Shown here piece after piece: positions 54,675 to 64,000 of a DNA stretch of 64,000 nt. A program made the translations under genes and the position numbers. The stretch covers positions 126,232,001 to 126,296,000 of the forward strand of contig OX597815.1 in the NCBI GenBank assembly GCA_951406725.2, read 5' to 3'. The notes beneath the pieces were generated by a model, which saw only the letters and a list, made by a program, of their open reading frames with translations, was not told the DNA's origin and did no database searches. Each line of letters begins with the position of its first letter. Position 1 is the stretch's first letter. Origin of the DNA: Octopus vulgaris (Eukaryota).

Positions 54675-56459
54675 AAAAAGACACGGAAAATTTGAGATAA
54701 AAACTTCAATTTATTAGAATATATTTAATTCCAAACGAAAACAAACTCATAGCACCTAAAATTGTTTCCATGCCCAATTAATTCAATTTGAGAAATTAAA
54801 TAAAATTAAATCAAATCAAATTAAAGTTTCCTATTGAATATAGCTGATTGGACATTTTGTCAGGGGAAGAATTTGACAGAAGGAGCTACATTCCAATGTG
54901 TTGGTAGATCATTGATAGACTCAGATATGTGCGTTTTTGCATCCAATGTATGTAAAAAAAACTTTTATTTATGTGTATATGTATATGCAAATTTGTTTAA
55001 TGCATTTATGCACGTGCGTGTGTAATGTGTTGAAAAACAAAAGAAGCCGTTAATTAGCTTAAACGATATTTTGATACGATTAATTAGAAACTAAAAACCT
55101 TATTCTGAATTTACATAACTTATGATAGATTTAATTACTTAAGAAATTTATTATGTCACCCAGTTTCAATCTCCAGTAATTATAGTTAAATAATAAATTC
55201 TAATTGTTATTTTTTAATTAAAACCATAGCTGCGCATATATGATATATAATATGTTTATGCACTAAGGCGGCGAGCTGGCAGAAACGTTAGCATGCCGGG
55301 TGAAATGATCAGCGGTATTTCGTCTGTCTTTATGTTCTGAGTTTAAATTCCGCCGAGGTCGACTTTGCCTTTCATCCTTTCGGGGTCGATAAATTAAGTA
55401 CTAGTTGCGTACTGGGGTCGATCTAATCAGCTGGCTCCTGTCCAGAAACTTCGGCCCTTGTACCTAAAGTAGAAAAGAATATGTTTTTATGTATCTGTGC
55501 ATGCGTGTATTAATGTGTTGAAAGCCACAAGATGATGAAGAATCAAAATTGCTTACCATTTACCATAGCTGAATATTACGTCATCAACATTTGTGCTGAA
55601 TATATTTATTTATATAATAATGAGAATAGATACAAACGATCTCAACTGAGAAAAGCATTAACGTTAACAAATCAAAATAATCAAAAAATTAAAACCATTA
55701 TTAAATTAATACGTAGTGTCTTTAACTTAATATTACTTATTTAAAAAAAGACATAATAATAATTACAAATTCCTGAGATACGTACTTAAATTAAAGTCCT
55801 AGTAACCTTTATAAAAAGCAGTTACTTGAAAATAAGACCTTATGTTCATAATTACCATTTATTTTATATTTTAATATTAATATAGCTACTAAGAATTATC
55901 TAATCTTTCTAGTTATAATTGTTAGTATATTTAATCCTGAGATACCCACCTAATTTATAGTCCCAGGAACTTTTACATTATATTCAATGGTAGTTTTTGA
56001 AAACATACTTACAGGCATGAAGACAGGATAATTCACCCTCTATTTTGGTGTTAAGGAGTCTACGTCTAGAATTTAAAATCTTAAATAACTCTTCCACAAA
56101 GAGAAAACAATAGGTATTTTCAATTTTATAGGAACCAGACATGCTTATTATTTCCCATTCCACAGTAAACATTTTATTCTAGCCCTTCAAGTCCCAAATA
56201 AATTTGCTATCGCTAGTGTAAGACGACTTATTTCTATTATTAAAGGTGTAACAGTGGTTGGCGGTATGTAGCTCCATTTTATCAATTTCTTCCCCAGACG
56301 AAATATCCAATTAGCTATGTTCAATAGGAAACTTTAATTTAATTTCTCAAATTGAATTAATTTGGCATGGAAACAATTATGGTGCTATGAGTTTGTTTTG
56401 TTTGGAATTAAATATGCTCTAATAAATTGATGTCTTTATCTCAATTTCTCCGTTTTCCT

Positions 56460-56465
<6 letters not shown>
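54675..56465. repeat. Diverged ~200-bp inverted repeats enclosing ~1.4 kb
   Basis: 54675-54892 versus the reverse complement of 56265-56465 (e.g. CAAACTCATAGCACC, AAAGTTTCCTATTGAA shared). Confidence 0.8.
55265..55480 (+). mobile_element. SINE family B, young full-length copy
   Basis: AGGCGGCGAGCTGGCAGAAACGTTAGC...GTCGACTTTGCCTTTCATCCTTTCGGGGTCGATAAATTAAGTAC...GTAGAAAAGAAT. Confidence 0.9.
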
Positions 56466-56512
<47 letters not shown>

Positions 56513-56598
56513 CATACATACATACATACATACATACATACATACATACATACATACGTACGTACATACGTACGTACATACATACATACATACATACA

Positions 56599-56629
<31 letters not shown>

Positions 56630-57939
56630 GCGCACGTATATGTGTGTGTATGTATGTATGTATGTATGTATGTATGTATGTATGTATGTATGTATGTATG
56701 TATGTATGTATGTATGTATGTGATGCATGTAAATATATATGAGAATTATAATCACCATCTGCCATTCTAAGAAATTTACTTCCCAACATTGATAAACATA
56801 TAGTTTCCTTTTCATCAAATGAGGCTACATTCAAATATATATTTTCTACATCGCTTGTGGTTTTATATGTAAATGCATTCAAACAAATTTATATTTATCT
56901 CAATTAACGTCATTTCTTGAGATATGCAACATCATCGATCTAAAAAAAAATAGGTATCTGTCAGCTCGATATTGCTTAATAGCTAGTGGTTTTTCCAGTT
57001 AATCACATGTCAACCAATGATCTTTGAATTAGTCTAGGATTTCTCTTTACTATATTCTTGCGGTTGAATGGCTCATTTCATTAGTATATCGTTCGGTGAG
57101 CAATCCCACCGCCTTGTAACTTTAACATTTGTTTTCTTACATTGCCTAGGCTCGTTCAGTGGCATATGAGTGACATTCGGTATTTGGAAAACGGAAGAAA
57201 TATGCAAGACTGCCGGATGTATTATATGTATTTATGTGTGAGTGAGTGAGTGAGTGAGTGTCTGTGTGTGTGTGCGTGTATGCATGTGTGTGTATGCGCA
57301 TGTGCGTGCTTGAGTGTGTGTCTGAGTGAATGCGTCGGGGTGAACAATATCTGCAGTATTTAGCTTTGTTCAACATATCTTTTTACGCCTAGATCGATAA
57401 AGTAATGTAACCAGACAAAGGAGCGGGATCGATATAATCCAGCAAAACCCTGAAAGTAATGACAGTACGGCAACAGTTAACTGAAACTTGTAATTTGCAC
57501 GCACAAACACACAAACACACAAACACACAGGCACACGCACATGCATACTTATACATATGTGTGTGCATAGTTGTTTGTACATGTGTGCATATATATATAT
57601 ATATATATATGTCTCTGTGGAATGAAATCTCTACTGCTGTCATATATAATGGTTCATATTTTTCAATTATTTATCTGAAGACATACCGTAACATTGGTAA
57701 TGAAACTTAGACGTTTGAGAGATTGAGAAGGAAAACTTTGGCTTCTATACTAAATTTTAATAATAAATAAATCAGATTTATGAGTAGTAATGTTTTGACT
57801 AAACAATAATAAATTCGAATTAAACGATGATTAAACGAAACAAGACATACACATATATAGGGGAGATATAAAAGGAATGAAAAGAAAGATAAGAAAAAAA
57901 GATGGGATTAGGAAATGAATATCTTCCTTGAAGACAACG

Positions 57940-58008
57940 GCGGTGGTGGCATTGGCGGTGATAATGGTGGTGGTGGTGGTGGTGGTGATGATGATGATGG
58001 TGATGATT

Positions 58009-58060
<52 letters not shown>

Positions 58061-58236
58061 CGATGATGATGGCGATGACAGTGGTGTCAGTGAATAATGC
58101 AACGACGATGACGACAAGGACGGTGATAATGATGAAGTTCACATAAGGATAATATTCAAGATTGCAATGATGAAAGACAATGATGAATTGTATGTAGCTT
58201 TAATGTAAACAAGATTCAGCAACACTAATACTTGAA

Positions 58237-58301
<65 letters not shown>

Positions 58302-58322
58302 CTATATACATACATTCATATA

Positions 58323-58395
<73 letters not shown>

Positions 58396-58583
58396 ATATG
58401 TATATATGTATATATATATATACATATATATATATACGTACATATATATATATATATGTGTGTGTATATATATACATATATATATGTATATATATATATA
58501 TTTATATAATATACGTATATATATGTATATAGATGTATATACATATATATGTATGTATGTATGTATGTATATAGAGATCGATC

Positions 58584-58659
<76 letters not shown>

Positions 58660-58754
58660 TTTCATATATATGTATATATCTGACACTAAACATGTGTGAA
58701 TATATATATATGAATATACATTTATGTATGCTTTTATGAGGATACATACATACA

Positions 58755-58787
<33 letters not shown>

Positions 58788-58860
58788 GTGTGTATATATA
58801 TATACACATGCATATATATGTATAAGATGTATACGTATTTATATTAATATATATATGTAT
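57940..58860. repeat. Microsatellite field: (GGT)n, (GAT)n, (CT)n, (TA)n, (GATA)n, (TACA)n
   Basis: Direct reading. Confidence 0.95.
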
Positions 58861-59440
58861 GCGTATATGTTTGATGTGTGTATGTCTGTGTGTGTTTGCA
58901 TATGTGTGTATATATCTTTATAGTACATGTATGCGTAATTGTGCATACATTGGGCATGAGTGTGTTGCGTATGTGTTTGCATGTACTAGATTATCGTGTT
59001 GTACGGGAATGGTTGGCGATAACAGGTGATATACGATACCCTAGAATGAAACTAAGCATACGAAGATGAATGGAGGTTATTTGACCTTATCTAAATGAGA
59101 ATGTGCTGAGCTACAGAATGATAAAACAGTTTCAAAGACAGATAGTTACATGTCACATATCCAAACAAACTAATATGGAAAGGAAGATCTACTTAGTCAC
59201 ACTGTAATACCATTGGAATATAATCTCAATCATTTATATATCGTTATTATAAATTCACCATCATCGTGTAGATATATATATAAGTATTTATGTATTTATG
59301 TATGTAAATAGGTAGATAGGCTTGTAGATAAGTATCTAGGTATGATGCATGTATATACATTTGTATATGTTTGTATAGGCAAGGTTTAATATAGATGTGT
59401 GTGCGGGCGTGTATATGCGCATATATATACATATATATAT

Positions 59441-59553
<113 letters not shown>

Positions 59554-60286
59554 TAGATATATAGATATATGTAACATTATATATATATATTGTATATATA
59601 ACATCATATATATACTATATGTAACTCCCCCCACACACACAGACACACACATATATATATACAAAACATTATATGTATATTATACATGCTACTTTATATA
59701 TATATATATATATATGTGTGTATGTGTGCTTATGTATGCATATATATATAATGGGATGTGCGTGCGTGCATGTGTGTGTATGTGTGTGTGTGTGTGTTGT
59801 AAATGTTACGAAGGAAGTATAAGTAAAAAGACACCCAAGAGAGACAAATTTTTACAAATGCCTTATTAGTTTAACGCTTAAAGTAAACAAGTAATGTATC
59901 ATAATGTTTCGGACGCTTGTTCTTCATCGGAAGAAATTTGTAGAAGTGAGGAAGATGAAAAATAGTAGAGGAGAAAGGAAAAAAGAGAACGAAACATTGT
60001 GCCAGTAGGAATGCCATTCTGTGGTGAGAGGAGGGGCTAGAATGGGTGTAAAGCAGATGTACCCATCGGGTTGTATCTTTCTTTAGATATAGGTGCAAGT
60101 TAGGAGTAGTGTGAGTAGACTCTGAGGCTGAATGTATGTGTGTAGAGGTGTTCAAGCGCAAAAGTATAGCGGGATACGTTAGTGGTGGTGCTGGTGGTGG
60201 GGAAATGCTTAAGTAACTTATTTCACAAACCTTTTCAATGTTTTCTTAACAGGTAACCCCAGTACATGCACACACAAAGACTCGTG

Positions 60287-60443
<157 letters not shown>

Positions 60444-60784
60444 GTAGAAAGACAGACAGGCAGATAGATAGATATAGATATATATGTATGTATGTATGTA
60501 TGTATATCAACGTAAGCAACAGGATGTTCAGAGTTGATGCAGTACGTCCGTTTCAAGCGACTCCATTTAATTGAACAATGCAACCATTACGTCAATTTAA
60601 ATGCAGGGTATCCTTAGCTGCATAAAGAAATAAATAGAATTCTTTTTAATCAGTAGGACGCATTTGTATAATTTTACCTAAATCCTATAATTTTTTTCTC
60701 TTTCTATTGTTGAAAATTTTGGTATATATTCAAAATTATTCAAAATTTATCATTTTGGTTATTTTTTTTCTGGATAACTCTTTA

Positions 60785-61150
60785 CTCTTTTACTCTTTTA
60801 CTTGTTTCAGTCATTTGACTGCGGCCATGCTGGAGCACCGCCTTTTAGTACTTATTCTATCGGTCTCTTTTTGCCGAACCGCTAAGTTACGGGGACGTAA
60901 ACACACCAGCATCGGTTGTCAAGCAATGCTAGGGGGACAAACACAGACACACAAACACACACACATCTACATATATATACATATATACGACAGGCTTCTT
61001 TCAGTTTCCGTCTACCAAATCCATTCACAAGGCATTGGTCGGCCCGGGGCTATAGCAGAAGACACTTGCCCAAGATGCCACGCAGTGGGACTGAACCCGC
61101 AACCGTATGGCTGGTTAGCAAGCTACTTACCACACAGCCACTCCTGCGCC
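60785..61150 (-). mobile_element. SINE family A, full length
   Basis: Reverse complement starts GGCGCAGGAGTGGCTGTGTGGTAAGTAGCTTGC, B box GGGTTCAGTCCC. Confidence 0.9.
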
Positions 61151-61519
61151 TAACCCTAAAGTTTATCTTTATACAATATAACAATATTGTTTAAATCAAT
61201 TACCTATAGTACCACATGATAAAATTTCCTCTGAATTATCACCATTGGTTTTATTAACAACTTACCTCTTTAACTGATAATTAACATCTTGATTTGAGGT
61301 CTTCCACTACCCAACCTCATTATAGCCAGTTACTTTATACTAATTCAAAATAATCTTGACAAGTTTTATGACTATATCCACTATGATTCTGTCAGCTCCC
61401 TCATGCCCTTTCCTAACAGACGCTATTCTCTAGTCTTATATTTGATAAACATGACTAATAAATTAAAACTGACCCAAACAAATTTTATTCCTGATGTCTC
61501 ATCACTTTCATTGAGAGAA

Positions 61520-62757
61520 ACTTCAACTACCTCGCTCAGTGGCGCACATCCCACCGACAAGGTTGTCTTCTTCTCCCTCTCCGGAGGCATACATCCCACC
61601 GAAAGAAGGTGGGCAACAATGGTTGCCCACCTTCTTTCTCTTAGTACCTTTTCTCGAGGAGGTTACCTCCTCTTCGACTTTCTCCCTCTCTCCCTCCAGT
61701 GATGAAGCAGGAGGCTCCGTTGGGGGAACATGAGGTTTACAGTCATCAATCAACTGTTCCAGGAACTTCGCCTGGCCCCCTCAGCAGTTCTTCTTCATGT
61801 GCCCTGATACCAGGCAGAGGTGACTCTTGGGGGAGGGTGTCCCTCAATGATCACCGGGTGCCTGGAACCGGCCATTGTCAAGAAATCTGGTAAAACCAGA
61901 TCTTCGGCCGATTGGTCCCATTGGGTCAAAATTGCTTTTGATCCGACCCAATCGACCGCAGGCAGTATTTTTACATTCAAGAGGCCACCTCCGTAGAGGT
62001 ATCGAAAAGTATGCATACCATTGCGTACTTTGCGCCCCTATGGATGAACCTACAAGTTGGCGCAAACCCTGCCAACTCTTCTAATATTTCAGTCTGAGAG
62101 AATACACAGATGGTGTCGCGGACCTTGCAATAGGTCTGCAACACCACCATTCTCTCATCATAGTTTTTTAACCACGCCTTGGGGGCCACAATTCGCCATT
62201 CTAAGGCTTTCTTACATTTGGGTGCCATTAATAAAATAAACTAAAATACAAAAGTCCACAACAAAATCACAAATCTTCAAATAAAAGTCTCTAATGCAGA
62301 CACAAAAACGAGCAGAAAGACAGACAAGAGAAAAAGAACGAAGGAAGACAGTTCAAATGACAACAAAATTCAACATTGGTAATCCTTTGTAGCACAGTTA
62401 AAAATCCCTTGCAACACAAAAATAGCAGCAAAAAATTCCTCCAATTCTGGTTGTACTCCAAATGGTAAAGTCCACGAAGTGCACACAGTCACATAAAATC
62501 ATAATCTTTCGGAAGGGCACTCCTCCCGAAAACAAACGCAATTCTCACTAAAAAGTGAGTCTTTTAGTACGGTCACTAGCAAACAAATGTCTGGAACCCA
62601 GTGGAGACCCTTGTTCGAAAAAATAATAAACAGTGCGGACAACATACTTCACTAAGCTCCCAAAAAACAAATGCCTTACCTGTTGTCGTACTTCAAATGT
62701 TCAGTTCAACGTCAAACGCCGTTACTTTCTCAGTGCGGAAAAACGCGTCCACAACTT
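61520..62757 (-). mobile_element. 5' part of a LINE (probably L1/Tx1): 5' UTR plus frameshifted ORF1
   Basis: Overlapping minus ORFs MAPKCKKALEWRIVAPKAWLKNYDERMVVLQTY.., LPDFLTMAGSRHPVIIEGHPP, then a low-complexity charged tail; GC-richer than flanks. Clade assignment is from recall of similar ORF1s. Confidence 0.6.
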
Positions 62758-63517
62758 AGTAGTAAGCAAGCTACTTACCACACAGCCACGCCTGCATCTA
62801 TTGTATGAATATCTGTATATATGCAGACAGAAAGACAGATGCGAAGTCAAAAGAAATAATTCTTCGTTATCTCTGATTATGTGAAATGAAAACATTTATC
62901 GCATTCATATAAATAATCACAGATAATCTCCCCTTTATACTCGATGTTAAGTTCAAGGACTTACATCTAGAGATTCATTGGCCATACAGGAATACATTCT
63001 TTATTATATTTATATATATATATATTCTGCGCTGTCCAAATTTTAATTCTTACCAAGATTATCGCTACTCATCTGGGGGTCGATAAATTACTTACTGGTC
63101 ATATATTGAAATTGATACATTATATAACATAACTTTCTCAGAAACGTATCGCTTGGTGTTAACATATATATAAAATCGATAACTAGTTGATGCCAACACA
63201 TTTATGATTGTAGCTATGTTATTTCTCTTGACTTATTGAAAAAATTTGAACTTCACACACTCCCCCGCACGCATAAAAAACATATTTGATATCTTTTGAT
63301 ATCTTATGCTTATATAAAATATCTATTGAAAAATGTGCTAACAAATACAATACAATAAATATTTCTGAATTCGTCTCCAAGGCAAATATCATTTTTTTAC
63401 ATAATTTTATATCTAAGATTAATTTTCAGTGTGGCATTAAATTGAAATACAAAATATCGTATTTATTGGATGCAGCAAGATGAATATGTGTGTGCGTGTA
63501 TAATATATAGTCGTTTA

Positions 63518-63580
<63 letters not shown>

Positions 63581-63707
63581 TTATTTATCTATCTATCTAT
63601 CTATCTGATAGATCTTAATATAACATCTTAATATAACTTCAACCCATTTGTTTGTATATATATATATACCCCAAGTGTGCATTTTTTCTGTGTTTTTTCT
63701 TTTACTT

Positions 63708-63925
63708 TTCAGTGGTTAGAACGTCGAGCTTACCACCGCGAGGTTGTGAGTTCGAATCCCGGACCGGGCTGCGTGTTGTGTTCTTGAGCAAGAACACTTT
63801 ATTTCACGTTGCTCCAGTTCACTCAGCTGTAGAAATGAGTTGCGACGTCACAGGACTTTTGCTTGGGAGGGTAACTTTCTAGGTGCAATCCCATGGTTAG
63901 TCATGACCGAAGCGGGTCTCAGCAT
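63708..63925 (+). mobile_element. tRNA-derived SINE (family C-related)
   Basis: AGTGGTTAGAACGTCG...GAGTTCGAATCCC B box, then GTGTTCTTGAGCAAGAACACTTTATTTCAC. Confidence 0.8.
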
Positions 63926-64000
63926 ATATATATATTATGTGCAGAGTCGTTAGCACGCCTAACAAAATACTTTGCGGAATTTTGCCCGTCTTGAAATTCC

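Noticed and set aside
57370-57480. Transmembrane-like peptide LTVAVLSLLSGFCWIISIPLLCLVTLLYRSRRKKIC after a possible acceptor
   Set aside because: Weak polypyrimidine tract, no partner exon or homology; hydrophobic ORFs arise by chance in T-rich DNA.
60510-60620. Strong minus-strand acceptor TTTATTTCTTTATGCAG
   Set aside because: All frames close quickly and no good donor follows; cannot be supported as an exon.

Overview
AT-rich, repeat-saturated animal genomic DNA. The SINE families and microsatellite load look like an octopus (coleoid cephalopod) intronic or intergenic region; this is inferred from repeat recognition, not from a search. No intact protein-coding gene is visible, and almost all ORFs in the track are microsatellite read-through. 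Recognisable elements are: three tRNA-derived SINE families (many copies); decayed R4/Dong-type LINEs; L1/Tx1 and RTE LINE fragments; a full-length but decayed DD34D mariner with TIRs (36253-37506); an internally deleted Tc1/mariner-type element (45004-45884); and a probable non-autonomous Helitron with nested insertions. Two possible minus-strand exons may belong to a host transcript. The most striking unannotated signal is about ten type I hammerhead-ribozyme (HHR) or HHR-like motifs from several sequence-distinct families. They mostly lie near (TA)n-type tracts and are often built into inverted repeats, including a ~730-bp palindrome with a complete HHR in each polarity. They resemble non-autonomous Penelope-like or retrozyme-like units.
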